DNA of 64,000 nt from Lama glama (GCA_028534125.1 CM052817.1:48176001-48240000); one strand, 5' to 3'; positions 51,516-64,000 are shown, counted from the stretch's first letter. A program made the numbers and translations. The notes: generated by a model from the sequence alone, not told the origin.

Positions 51516-53224
51516 GAAAACCACTCAGGCATTTTTTTATACTCTCAGTGATGGCCTCTGGGAAGTTACAATTCTCTGGTATCCACACAGCTGTGAACTT
51601 TTGGGAGGATCCTCACAGCGCACAGTCAAATAGAACATGCCTCGAATGAGGAAGATCTACCCTTCCAAGAGCTGCCAGAGGAAACCAGGGCACTGAGCTG
51701 AGCCATTCAAAATGCAAAGCATCCTCCTCTTCCTCTCGTACACTACTGCTAACTACATTTTCCTTTTCTGCCCGTGTCCAGATAAAGGAAGAGGAACATG
51801 GTCCCAAAGGTAAACAAACCTTTTGGACCTTAAGGACCTCAGGGATAGTGCTTGTGTTTCATCGATGATTTCTCAACCTCTTTTCATTTCAGTAGCTTTG
51901 CCCACAGAGGAGAGGAAGACAGCCTCACTTTGGTAAGTGGTGGAAAGGTCTGCTTTCTCAAAAGGATGACCAAGGAGTTCATAAGCTGTATATGCTACTC
52001 ACCAAAAATACCAAAAGTAAATGAGCTGGAATGGCAGCACTCTTACAGCCCACAGAATACCTGTCTTTAGAATCAATAGAAGTCACATTACTGATAAAAA
52101 ATATATATTCATATATATATGCTATTGTTGATAAGAACATCATGGGTGGAGTGCAGTATTTATATTCATTAAAATATCTTAACCTGTCTCAGAGATAAGT
52201 CATGAAGATTGATGGCTATTTTAAAAACTACAACTCCCACAATGACAGCCAGCTTTTAGGAAAGCCATAGAGGTTGAGAGCGTAGTATTATTTTACATGT
52301 AAAATGAAAAGGAGAAACTTGATAGACAAGCTTTCCAATTCAGCAAGAGTCCACAAAACAGTAAGACACTCAGAGAATCAGGGACAGTTGCCGGCTTAAC
52401 TTTTAAGGGAATTTTAGGATCAAAAAAAAAAAAAACTCTGTTAGAAATGTCAGTAAAAACTGCTTCCAAAGATAATATTAAAGAGGAAAAAGCAAAACAA
52501 ATTTAATAGCTATAATTCATAAGGAAATGGCAACCGTTTTCAAAATGTTACTAAAATAAAGATTGCATTCTTGCTACTCAAAATTTTGTAAAATAAAACT
52601 ACTGGAATCTACATTTGACAGTGCTCATTTATGTATAAGTCAAAGGGCATTCAGTCCTTGATTTGGCAGTGACCTCCGTATCATGTGTTCAAATAAATAC
52701 CCCGCATGCCTTTCTCTGACAGACGGTGCAAGTTTCCAACAAACTCTAAATGTTTTGGGAATCTCACAATCCACCCCACAGCCAATACTACTGGGAAGAA
52801 AACATGGCTTTCCTGGTTATCTCTGAATGTCAGAAATTATCACCAGATGATCCCTGTTTCTTCCCATCCTCACGGGCTCCACCTCCAGTGAAAGCACAGG
52901 TCCTGCGATGCTATCATGTCCAGTTCTCCCAATTCCCAGGATATTTCCAAACTCAAGGCATGAATAGTTGCTAATCACAATTTCAGGCCAACAGAGAACT
53001 CTTACACTTTGTAAACGTAGCCATTCAAGTTCAAGAGGCTTCCCCAGATACCCACTTCGCCACCAAGGATGATTCAGGACCTTGTAGAATTAAACACGTC
53101 AAACCAGCCAAACTAAAATTTCTGCAGCAGACAGAGTGGTTAACAACATATGCCTCTTCATGCAAGATAGATCATGAGCTCCTTTAGGAAACAGGGCTCT
53201 GTGTTTATACACATACAGAAGAGA

Positions 53225-53436
53225 GCAGACATTTATAGAATTCTTACAAACGTGCCAGGTTCCGGCTTGGTCTCCCATATCTATGAACTCAGGCAGCCCT
53301 CACAACGGCACAAATCAAATACTGCTATTATCCCCACCATACAGGCAAAGAAGCCAAGGGTCAGGGAAGTCAAGGATGTTGTCACCAGCTAACTCATAAA
53401 ATCTGCAAGAGGAGTATCTCTCAGGTCTCAACATTC
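53225..53436 (-). mobile_element. MIR SINE
   Basis: acatttatagaattcttacaaacgtgccagg...ctattatccccaccatacaggcaaagaagccaagggtcagggaagtcaag. Confidence 0.7.
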
Positions 53437-53453
53437 AGAATACTGAGTGTTTC

Positions 53454-53561
53454 GGGGGGAGGGGTATAGCTCTGTGGTAGAGCACTTGCTTAGCATGCAC
53501 AAGGGCCGGGTTCAATCCCCAGTACCTCCATTAAAAGAATAAAATGAAATAATTTTTTAAA
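53454..53561 (+). mobile_element. Vic-1-type tRNA-derived SINE with 17-bp TSD
   Basis: ggggtatagctctgtggtagagcacttgcttagcatgcacaagggccgggttcaatccccagtacctcca. TSD agaatactgagtgtttc (53437-53453) / agaacaatgagtgtttc (53562-53578). Confidence 0.92.
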
Positions 53562-53857
53562 AGAACAATGAGTGTTTCACCACTACTTTGTTTTTAGGGG
53601 TTTTTTTTTTTCAGTAATATACACTATGTTTATACTACCTTACGATTAGGTTTCCTTCCTCATGTTGACTGCTAGAAACAGAAGAGACAAATCTTGGGCC
53701 AACCCGTAGTGGGTAGACAGAGTTTCGTGACATGCATTTTAAACACTAACCTCACTCTTTCAACTTTTCAGCCATTATTTTCCCTTCATGTTAAACATTT
53801 TTGGCATAAAGCAGCATATAAATATTATTCAAAAGCTGAGATGTCAGCACTGGGCGT

Positions 53858-54008
53858 GGAGGCCGGGGATGACTGGGGGTGGCTGTGGGCGAAGTAGATT
53901 TCTAGGCAAAGATTTTACCTGTCCTCCAGTGATCCTTTAGGTAGGTCTAAATCTTTGCCCAAAAATCTGCCTTCCCCCACAGCCATCCCCCAGCCATCCC
54001 CAGCCTCC
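53858..54008. repeat. Long imperfect inverted repeat (arms 53858-53920 and 53943-54008)
   Basis: By hand alignment, 56 of 63 left-arm bases match the reverse complement of the right arm (7 mismatches, 3 gaps); 22-nt spacer. Confidence 0.9.
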
Positions 54009-57000
54009 TACATGCATCTCTAATTAAACACTAAGGGATGTTCCAAATTTGATTTTTATCCACAATGTTGCTCTTTCTATAATCAACGGAATTTCTGTTC
54101 TCTCCAATTCAAAGCAAAGGTTCCATAACACTTGGCACTTTATATCATTCTTTCAGAACTAACCAGCCACAGTCCCAAAACATAAGTTCAATACGGCCTG
54201 CCTTGACTTGGCCTTGGGCCAAGAAGCCCAAAACATGTTCCAGCTATGGCCAAGAAGCACACGGGGGGGGGGGGGGGAATGCGAGGGAGATTTACTATTT
54301 CCTTTTAATTGTAAAAAAGAGACTGTGCAAGAGGAGGCAGAGCCCCTGGATGAGTGATAGATTATTTAAAAGATGCTGTGAAGACTTCACTTCTTGGACT
54401 AAAATAAATCTTGAAGGTTTTTTTTAGAAGTACATGCTTAAGAAACCTCAAACAGAATCATAGTATCAAATCCAGATGCCAAAGAGGTTGTGTGTTTGGC
54501 ACTTTATGTAATAAGTAATAGATCAGTGTGTCTAATCCTAAACACTTAAACAAATGAGATACAAATAACTTGTTAGTATATTACTCACAAACTTGAGACA
54601 GTGTCCATAACCAACTCTATTAAGTTATAATCAAAGCAACACTGCTAATTTGCTTGGGCATAAATACCAGTTCTTGAGAAGAAAATCCACTTCAAAAGGC
54701 ATGATATAATTCTGCAGGTATACACCGGGTAAGTCAGCTCTTGGTTAGATGTTTGCATCAGGGTCCACCCCTCAAACATATACACTGCTCAGGACAAGGA
54801 ATGATTCTACTTCTGTATTTCGGATAAGGGCAACTTCTCATGTAGAAAAGAAAATAATGCATGTGTTTATTAATAGATCATTGCATGCTACACATGTAAT
54901 TTATTTATAGACCATTTTGAATGCTGATTAGTAATCTATGTTAATATTAATACTACCAGTTACACTTAGGAGCAGGTATGCAAGTGAATAAATAATAAAA
55001 GTGATGAAAAACAGGGAAATACTTTTCTTCCTACTGAACTGCAGGGAATTTTGTTCACTAAAAGCCTCCCAGAAATCCTTAAGGCAACTTGAGGTTCCCC
55101 AAGCAAGACTGATAAGAAATCTCAGCTTGTTACCTGGTGTTTACTGAGCACAGTACTTTTAATACTTAATATTTGATGATGATGATAACAATCTCCAGGC
55201 AAGAACAAACAGCACAGGAAAAGGTCTCAAAGGGGAGTCGAGCTTAAGGTGACTGGGCTAAATGCTTGTCCTTTAGCTCAGGAAAATTCTGCACCTGCCT
55301 TTAAGTGCTCATTTTTAGCAAAACAGTTCTAATCACAGTCTTTAGGTAAAGGCGAGAACCCTAAGACCACTCACTGAAGTAACATTTCCACTACAGTTCC
55401 CATCACTAATAGCTGATAATAAAGGCTACAACTGACCAGCTCTGTATCAAGTCTGAAGTCATGAATATGTTTTTAAGAAATACAACTTTATTATATGCAA
55501 TGATCATCCATTATTTGAAAACATCTAAGCTAGAACAGTCACTTAAAGGCACTATGGGAACCTACCTTAATGAATCAACAGGACTAAAAATCACTTTATC
55601 TTTTATAAACTACAGCCCCTGAAATGCTTCACAATCTCTAAAAAGCTGCTTCTCCAAAGTAATTTTAACTTTGCTCTAGCAGAACCTCCTTTATATTCAT
55701 ATCTATAGATATAAAATATAATCTATATGCCTATAGCTATACACTTATATTGAGATTTATATATATTATATACAACCGTCTATATATAGAGAGCTAGGTA
55801 TCATTCTTATGGACAATCCGAATCCAATAATGTCAGCAAAGTGTCTTCCACTGTGACTGCTGCACAAAGGTGCCCCATAAGTGTTCTCGTATCTCCCTCC
55901 TATTTCCAAAGAGGCAAAAAAGCAAAGCACTATTTCGCCGCCTCCCACCTACCTCAAGCCCTGATAATAACTGTGAACACCCTCTGCTCTCTAGCAGAGG
56001 CACTCCAGAGCATTCACCCCGAGCAGGACAAAACAGCCAACTTTAGACCGAGTCTAACTGGTCCTGGGCTCAGCTGTTTTAGTCAGTATGCAGAGTCTAA
56101 CTGTGCAGCAGAGGCAACACCTTCCATAACCTCAGTAACTTGACTGCACGGGGCAGAGTGGAGCCAAAAGGTCTGGGGAGGCTAGTGCCAGGCAGGGCAG
56201 TGCTAAGAGCGAAGAGAAGCCACCCAACAGGAAGAGGTGACGTGACCCCTCCCTCCACTCATCCTGGCACTCCAGAACCCCAAAAGAGCTGGAGAATTTT
56301 ACCGTGCAGTACACATGCAGTCAGACAAAATCCACCTGTGAGCCACAGAGAACTGACAGTTCCCATTAACTCTCCTGTGGTCACCATTTGCACAACGGAA
56401 TGGGAAGTAGGGCTGGAAGGGAGAAAACAATGGCTAATCCAATGGTCATTGACAACCGGATTTGCAGTCGCAGCCGGACAGGCCGCTTAGAGAGGCACAT
56501 AAATGCACACATTCACACTCTCATTCTAACCACATTGTTCGTCTCCGACTCTATTCTGCCTTCCCTTTCAGCACTGGCCTAAGTCCTGGCCGGCAATAGG
56601 AAGAGGAGTCTTTAGTCGCTATAGACAGATAATCCGCCATATAGTTCATGCACTCACGGCTGATCAGGTATCAAACGTCTGAACACTAGCTCGCATCATT
56701 CCCTCCTCTCACACACTTGTATAGAGGGAAATGAGACGTGGATAATGCTGTGGAGCCAAAACAATGACCAAGAACCAGAGAAAGTGCCACAGGAGATTTA
56801 AATTAGCCTAGTTAAACCCAATCCCAGAACCTCAGGACTCTAGTTTTCCGCACGCATCCAGAAAAGAGAAGCATGACAGTCACTTCACAGCAGCACCCAA
56901 TCGTACCTTCAGAGTTGGAATGAACCTTAACATCACCTGGCTCAACCTCTTCATTTATCAATGAGCCAACTAGAGCCAAATAGTTAACACTGTAGAGGCT

Positions 57001-57514
57001 GGGACTTTTGGTTCTCCTGGTTGGTTATAAAAGGTTTCCTTTCCCATTTTCCCATTACCTTGGTACCAGACTCCACCTCCCTGGCCCCCATTTTCCACTG
57101 TCTGCAAAACACAGACAAGGAAAAAAAAAAAGGATTAATCCTTCAGATTAGCAATCACCTAGAAAACAAAAAGGGCTCAGGAGTTCTCTGAAAATGTCTG
57201 TCTTATAATCACAGAAAGACAAGTTTAAATCCACAACCCTTAGTTCCGTAAACTGCCCCAGAATATGAAAATGTTCTGGCTGTGACATCTGTCCTCCCAT
57301 TGAGCACCTGGGGTCATGCAAACAACGCAGCCAGCCAGGCTTGTGTCTTCTTTCTCGCTCACCTTCTCATCAGTTCTCCCAACACCTGTTACTCTTCTCC
57401 ATTTAGTTCTTCCCGCTTCCTATTCTCCCAGGCACTCCTCCCAGCTCTCATCCATCTCCCTTTCCAAATTCCTTTCCTGCTCCAGAGGAACCAGAACTCG
57501 AGCACACTCTTTTG

Positions 57515-57700
57515 GAATGAGTCCTGCCCTGGGGAAGTCAAGAAGCCTGGCCCCTCATCCTAGTTATCCAATTACTCTCAGTGTTACTGAGAGCAAATCA
57601 CTTTAACCTCTCCAGGGCTCATCTCTCCGTCTGTAAGGTGAGACTGTTGAGCTACATTTTCTCTGAGATCCTTTCTAGCTCCAAAAAGTCTATAATATTT
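57515..57700 (+). mobile_element. MIR (MIR3-like) SINE
   Basis: gaagtcaagaagcctggcc...gagcaaatcactttaacctctccagggctcatctctccgtctgtaa. Confidence 0.65.
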
Positions 57701-57779
57701 CTAAATATTTTAACTGGTTACATGTAATGGAGCACACACAGGGAAAGGCTAAACATTTTCTACTACTTCTCCAAGTGCC

Positions 57780-58870
57780 TTCTCAACTTATGATGACAGC
57801 TTTCTCCTTGGACACTCTACAATCAACTCCAATTTGACTCTTTCCTAACCATGCCATCCAGATCGCTAACAAAAGCCACCAATCACCTTTTCCTGCCAAA
57901 CCCACTAACTACTGCTTGACCGCCATCTACCTGACTCCAGGTAGCACTCTGCACTGCCAGTCACTGGCTCCTTATTGAAAATGCTCTTCTCTTGGTCTCA
58001 GAGACACTGCCCTCTTCCTGGTTTTCCTCTGACTTCTGTGACTGCTCCTTCTCTACTTTCGAACGTTGGCATAGCAGAGCCCAGTTCAATCCTCATCTCA
58101 CTCTGTCCTCTCCCCTTGGTAATATCATCCACTCCTATGGCTTAAAATACTAGCTATCTCTCTGGGACTCCCAAACTTACATCTCCACCCCATCCTTCTT
58201 GTTAGCTCCAGTTTGTGTAGCCAAGTGCCTGCTTTAGAGTTCTACCTGGATATCTCACAGGGGCCTCAAACTCAAAAAGCTGAACTCCTATCATCCTCCA
58301 CTACTCTTCCTACAGTACTCCCCATCTGACTAATGACACACAAATCTCCCAAATCACTCATAGCAGGAATCCAGAAACAATCATGCCCATCCACCCATCT
58401 GTCCATCAGCAAGTCCTGGCAATTCAACCCATCTCTTTTGTCTCCACTCTGCTCCAATCCAACATCATCTCTTAGTTGAATCTTAGCAACAGTCTCCCCA
58501 CCTTTACCTTTGGGAAACTCTCTCCATCCACCAGCCAGAGAGATCTTCTTTAAAATGCAAATTTTTGTCTTGCCACTTCCCTGCTTACAATGCTCTGCAA
58601 TGGCTCCCCAGCGCACATTCAAAAAAATTCAAAATTTTTAGCATAGCAAAAAAGGCCACCAGTTATCTGGGTTCCATCTACTTGGGGCCACCCTCTCCCA
58701 GTTCACATGGTCCAGCCACATAGGCCTTATTTCTGCTTCTCAGACAGGCCTACCTCTTTCTCAGTGCTGGGAGTCTTCCCTCATTCCCGACCTAGCTAAT
58801 CCTCCTCACCCTCTAGGTCTCAGCTCACTGTCACTCTGTGAGAGATGCATTCCTTAGTCTCCCACGTAAA
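57780..58870 (+). mobile_element. L2 LINE fragment, ~1.1 kb
   Basis: atcatccactcctatggcttaaaatac...ctcccaaacttacatctcc...ctacctggatatctcacaggggcctcaaactcaa...cagccagagagatcttctttaaaatgcaa...caatggctcccca. Confidence 0.85.
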
Positions 58871-59790
58871 CTCACCCGTGTACACAATACATTTTCCAAA
58901 TTGTCATATCTACCAACCAGTGTCCTTAAATAATGACTCGTTTATTTGACTGCACATGAATTGTGGTCCTAATTGGAATATGTTATCACTTGCAATGGTA
59001 CATGTGAGCCTGGAAAAGCAACATATCAGAGCTTACCGCTGCAACTGTTCCTACCATTTTGATAAGCTTAAAGAAAAAAAAAATAATAAAGGCATTGTCC
59101 ATCAGTTAAAGTTAATAAGGAGAGTCACCACTGATATTAATCAACTAATTTGTTGATCACCAGGTATCAGTACCAGCAGCCTGAAAGCATGCTGCAGTCA
59201 CAGCAAGCACTGCTGAGAAGGTGTTGAGCGTAAAGATAAATCACATGCAAGGAATATATCCAGGGAAGATAGTATCTTAAATTGATAGGGTTCATCCTGG
59301 GGATTTCAAATCAGTTGACTTACACCCCTGGCAAAACTAGGAGAGAAGGAAGCACCAATGCTGCTTCTTTCCATGAAAATCTGAGACTCAGAAATTAAGT
59401 AATTTGCCATTGGCTTACTGCTAGTACCAAAGTATTTTTCTGGCGTTTTCTAAGACTCCTTAGAGCATCTCTAGTAGGTAGATAAGAAGATAGGTTATTA
59501 ACTGCCCTTTGCCTGAAGGAAATGTAACCACACAAGCATAATTGGCCTCATGTCACCCAGAAAGGCAGAGCAGAGCCAAGAACAGAAATAGGTCCTGAGA
59601 TGCCTGGTTCTCTACGACATTCTCAACACACAGCATGGACTGAAGAAAAGTACCTCAACCAGCAGATACGGACTGAGTTTGCCAAATACATGTATCCATG
59701 GTTTTTTGATTATGAGTTTTCATGCTACATCCAAGACATTGTCTTTATTTTTCAGCAGGGGTAGAATTGTTTGTTGAAAATTTAATAATC

Positions 59791-59937
59791 GGGGGAGGGT
59801 ACAGTTCAAGTGGGAGAGCACATGCTCAGTATGCGTGAGGTCCTGGGTTCAATCCCCAGTACCTCCTCTAAAAATAAATAAACAAATTACCTCCCCCTAC
59901 AAAAAAAATTAATCAAATAACATTTTTTTAAAATAAT
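59791..59937 (+). mobile_element. Vic-1-type tRNA-derived SINE (long 3' form) with TSD
   Basis: gggggagggtacagttcaagtgggagagc...ggtcctgggttcaatccccagtacctcc...aaattacctcccc. Exact 11-bp TSD atttaataatc (59780-59790 / 59938-59948). Confidence 0.92.
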
Positions 59938-60744
59938 ATTTAATAATCAACTGGAGGGTGAAGTGATGATTTAGCCTATCTATAAATGTGTGATTCTGGC
60001 TCTCTAAAGTTGATATGTTGGCCAATATTACTAAAATTCAAACACCCATTTTGATTTCCAAAAGTTCTGGCCCCGTAAAAGTTATTGGGTATCCCACCAT
60101 GAGAAGTCAGACAAATCATATCCTAAGAGGTTTATGCAGCATCTGTTCTCCTTTCAAAGCCAGTGGGGTATAAGGAAAGGTGAACACGTTGAGTATAGCA
60201 TTCAGGGTGACTGCTTTCTAATTCTAACTCCGTGGAAAGGTAGAAACAATTAATCAGATTTAAAAGCTTTTGCAGCTATTCAGAGAAGGGAGTTATTTAA
60301 GTCTCCTCTACTGCTGATTCAATGGATGTCACTCACCACCCCCCCACCTTCACCTTCATCCCACCTGGCAATCAGCAGCTTCAGGGGCACAATATTTGGA
60401 ACCTCCTGTGAACTCCCATCATGGAAGGCTCTCACCTCAGTCCCCTAAATGCAATCAGTCAGAAAAGTAAAATAAAACAAAAAAAATCCCACGAGCATGC
60501 TCACCACAGCACCAAGAGAGCCTCAACTGAGCTTTATTTCCCCAATAATTCTGAGTCTTACAATGTTAAAAATGGAGAAATACTTAGCTCAGGTTGAAAT
60601 ACTTAGTATTATTTCTATACTATTGCATAATCTCATTTAATTGGCACCCAAATTATATAACAGCCACTGGGGAACATATTATTCTAGTCTATGCTGCAGA
60701 GGGGGAAGAAAAAAATGTATATACATAATATATTTATATACTAT

Positions 60745-60745
<1 letters not shown>

Positions 60746-60777
<32 letters not shown>
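60746..60777. repeat. (TAGA)8 tetranucleotide microsatellite
   Basis: Eight perfect TAGA units in an AT-rich flank. Confidence 0.95.
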
Positions 60778-60779
<2 letters not shown>

Positions 60780-61956
60780 TAGATATTTACATAATAGAGC
60801 CTTGAATTCTCCTCATTGGTGGAAATGTATCATATAGTTAAATCTGTTTTCCAGAATAAGCAACTTTGCAGGCTTTATTAGACCATAAGCACGCATTTGT
60901 AATTGCATACCCTGTATGCAATTATACTTAGTTTGCCTCTTCTTGTAAAAGGAGGCAATTTCACAGGTAGGGGAAATATATATCAGAGCCATTTAACTGT
61001 GAAAATCAGATCTAACATCCAGACCTTAAAGGGAATCAGAATAAGTCCAAAGAAAAATAGACAGCAGGCCTTGGAAAATCTTTCTGGCTTTGCCTTTTTC
61101 AATACAAAAAGTAGTAGGTAAGTGTGGTTAGGAAGGCAAGGGATAGACGTTGGTAGAAATGAACTAAGCAAATAGCAAACATTTAGGTCAGTTGCAATTT
61201 TTAGAATGATAATCATCATTGAAAATTATTGGTGCAGCTATATCAATCAGAAAGCAAAAGAACAGAAAGTGGTATGGTACAGAGCATTCCTATTCCTAAT
61301 GTCACATACAGCAGCAACACTTTCTTACTGTAACATGTAATGCTGTACACTGGAACACAGGACATGTAGCACTGTGACACTGTAACAGGTAATGTGTAAT
61401 TATCCAAACGGTTCAATGGTGAATGGCATGATCTATTATTCTCATTTTACAGAACCAGAAATCCAAAATCCAAACAGTGAATTTCATCCTTCACTTATGC
61501 CATGCTGCAGCAATACAGCGCGTTTTAAACTTTTCTTCCCAAACTGATGCCGAGCCGCTCAGCTTTAACAACACATGAACAAAACAAGGGATAAAGAGTC
61601 CCCCAAATAAATAGGAAACAATATGTCTCAAAAATACAAGCAGACACGAAGCCTTGAAAAAAAGAAACTCAACCATAGACAAAACTGCTCCAAGTGTATT
61701 AGTTTAGAATTTCTGGATCCTTGTCAAACACAACAAGTACCAAGTTCAATCTGTGAAGTTTACTGCCATAAAAGAATGTAGACACCCAGGACAGAAAGTG
61801 GCTTCAGAGGGCATTGGCCCAGACTCTTCCATCAGGAAATTCTCTACAGTTGGAAAACTTGGGCACAGGATGTCTGATTCTAGTTTCAAAAGCCCACAGA
61901 ATTATCACGGAGCTCAAGAAATCCATGCACAAATATTTAACTTCACTGACACAGCA

Positions 61957-62370
61957 CGAGGCGCCAGGCAGCCAGGTGCTGCCTGCTGCAGGGCCTCTGG
62001 CGGGATTTCAGCGGAGGCCCCGAGGAGGAAGAGGCCGGACACCGCAAGAGGTCCGCGTGGGCTCCGCCGCTCTGGGAAACCCAAGCTGCCCTTCAGGCAC
62101 CAGCCCGTAAACACCTCACCGCGTTTCCTTCAAGCGCTCCAGTGTGTGGAATCATTGTTTCTTTTAAGAAGGCTTTTCCCTCGGCAATATTTGCCCAAGT
62201 ATTTCCTCTGTACACAGTGTTTCTGAGCAATTAGAGTGAACAGGAGAGAGGAGGTCAGCAAAACGCAACCGGACACTTGTGTCCAGTGCTCAGAATAGCG
62301 TGGCCCGGACTCGGCCCCTGCCTCCCCACCGGACAGGCTTTCATTCACTCCTTCTCGGCAGTTACGTTTT
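61957..62370. promoter_or_regulatory. Small intronic CpG/GC-rich cluster (candidate regulatory element)
   Basis: About 15 CpGs in 61957-62140 plus a second cluster at 62260-62370, in an otherwise CpG-depleted window. Confidence 0.4.
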
Positions 62371-63714
62371 GACCATTGTCATCGTTAACAAATGTCCAGC
62401 AGGCCCCATTTTTTCCCTTAGAATACCACCTCCTCCCACACACATAAATACATCATAGTAATATCCTCTAGTGAAAAACAGGTTTGAGTCTTGATGACTT
62501 CAAGTCTGTAAAATGCTGAGATCCTGACCTCCAGACAGACAAAAGCCACCATTTCACCATTTCATCTCTCTTTTCAAAATACAGAGCAGAAGAAGGAAAA
62601 AGAATAAGGTGGAGATGTTTTAGGGGCTTCTTCTTATCAATACAAACAATATAAAGACATCAATGATCTTTGTAAAATGAAGCAGGAATAACAGCAAGAA
62701 CAGGATCACTAGAGACTATCACCTCATTCGACTGAGTTCTAAGAGAACCAAATTGCTAACTAAAAACTTGAAGATTTTAGAGGATCATATAAAGTAATTT
62801 TATGTACGCTTTAGTTTATTTATACATTCATTTATTCACTCTTTCCTTTAACAAATATTTAGTGAATGTCTACTTTGTTCCAGACCCTGTCTTACTTTTT
62901 CACTTTTATTTCCCTAAAAATAATCTTCCCATAAATTCCATGCATTTTCAACAATCCTCTCTCCCCCAGTGTCCGTCCGTAGACACGGAAATCTGTAGAC
63001 TTGTTCTTCCATCTGGACAGATGGAAGCACACTTCCTTTTGGACTTGGTTCTGAACGAAAGAGGAAAACCCCATGAAATATCATAATGGCTTTTAGTAAG
63101 AGCACTGATCAAACTTCAGAAACGGAGACCCACTTCAGCCAATATTGTCTTGCTGTACTTTGTGCTTCCTGAGTCGCTGGTTAGGTTTGATGTTAAGAAA
63201 AGGCCCCTCCTCCCGAAGTCAGAGTTGCCAAGGCTGGCTGGGGAGTCACCTAGTCTTGCAGAGCCAAGGTCTTATCTCAAAGGATAAGGTGGAGTTTGCT
63301 CTTTTTCCCCTATTGCAAAATATGAGAATATTAAGTAATCTGTTTATGTCACACAGACCCCAAATCTTAGCTGACTTGTTAAAGGATAAAATATCCGTAA
63401 GATTTCCTTCTGTTTGGAAGAGCTACCTAGGACTCCTTCTTGCCATCTCAACCTCAGCTCACCCAACAAAATTTGCCTGTTTCCTCTAAGGGTGTCTGAA
63501 GTGAAAACTTAGTTCCTCACCATCAGCATTTCTGGATCACTCTGGTAACATTCATTTGTCATCTACAGACCAATTCTGTGAAAATGCCTGGGCTGGGCCT
63601 GGAGCCTTTTGGTACAGAAACAAATGTGATATCTGAAACGACGTGAAAAATTTTAAATGTTTACCCACAGTCACCGTTCCATGCTAAAAATGTTAGCTTT
63701 AAAAAACACAGTAT

Positions 63715-63839
63715 GGGGGGAGGGTATAGTTCAAGTGGTAGAGCCCATATTTAGCATGCACAAGGTCCTGGGTTCAATCCAAGGTATCTTCTCTAAAAAT
63801 AAACAAATAAACCAAATTACACCCCTCCCCCAAAAAAAC
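63715..63839 (+). mobile_element. Vic-1-type tRNA-derived SINE (long 3' form) with TSD
   Basis: ggggggagggtatagttcaagtggtagagc...caaggtcctgggttcaatcc...aaattacacccctcccc. TSD acacagtat (63706-63714 / 63840-63848). Confidence 0.92.
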
Positions 63840-63939
63840 ACACAGTATAAAGTAGCCAAAGAAAGAAGAGATGTTAAAAGCCTCTATTTTAAAGGTCAAA
63901 ACTGACACTTGGTTTTCTTTCTCAAGAGTATCTCCTTAA

Positions 63940-64000
63940 GATTCACAGACATAGAAAACAAACATGATTACTGGGGGACTAAGTTGGAAGGGAGGGATAA
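63940..64000 (+). mobile_element. L1 3' UTR fragment cut by the window edge
   Basis: attcacagacatagaaaacaaac...ggaagggagggataa is homologous to 3597-3660 and 35020-35082. Confidence 0.7.

Larger units (their letters stand above)
48911..64000 (-). other. SLC4A4: SLC4A4 intron upstream of the exon (continues past the right edge)
   Basis: Ends in pyrimidine tract plus AG at 48911. The start-codon exon (MEDEAVLDRG...) was not found in the window. Confidence 0.85.

Noticed and set aside
53454..53530. tRNA gene (also at 12333, 27602, 59791, 63715)
   Set aside because: A/B boxes are present, but copies are mutually diverged and have A-rich tails and mostly clear TSDs, so they are SINE heads.
1..64000. 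CRISPR array, operon, NUMT, rRNA or processed pseudogene
   Set aside because: No regularly spaced repeat-spacer series, no gene-dense coding, and no mitochondrial, rRNA or retrocopy-like segment recognised by eye; a BLAST search would be needed to exclude short decayed ones.

Overview
Mammalian genomic DNA, most likely a camelid (alpaca/llama/camel) judging from five copies of a tRNA-derived Vic-1-type SINE and cetartiodactyl-type L1 3' ends. The whole window lies inside SLC4A4 (electrogenic Na+/HCO3- cotransporter NBCe1), transcribed on the minus strand. The only supported coding segment is one 180-bp internal exon (48731-48910, canonical AG/GT) encoding residues ~25-85 of the NBCe1-B/C/E N-terminus (autoinhibitory, IRBIT-binding region). 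The rest is intron filled with old MIR, L2, L3/CR1, L1M, MER5 and MLT1 fragments plus younger L1 3' ends and SINEs, several with target-site duplications. The other ORFs in the track look like chance ORFs. I found no convincing novel multi-gene system. The most unusual non-coding signals are a ~63-bp-arm inverted repeat at 53858-54008 near a perfect NFI site, a motif-dense GC-rich block at ~44.2-45.0 kb, a small intronic CpG cluster at ~62 kb, and a 24-bp micro-insertion flanked by a perfect 16-bp direct repeat. Repeat family names and ends are from visual recognition of consensus motifs and are approximate.
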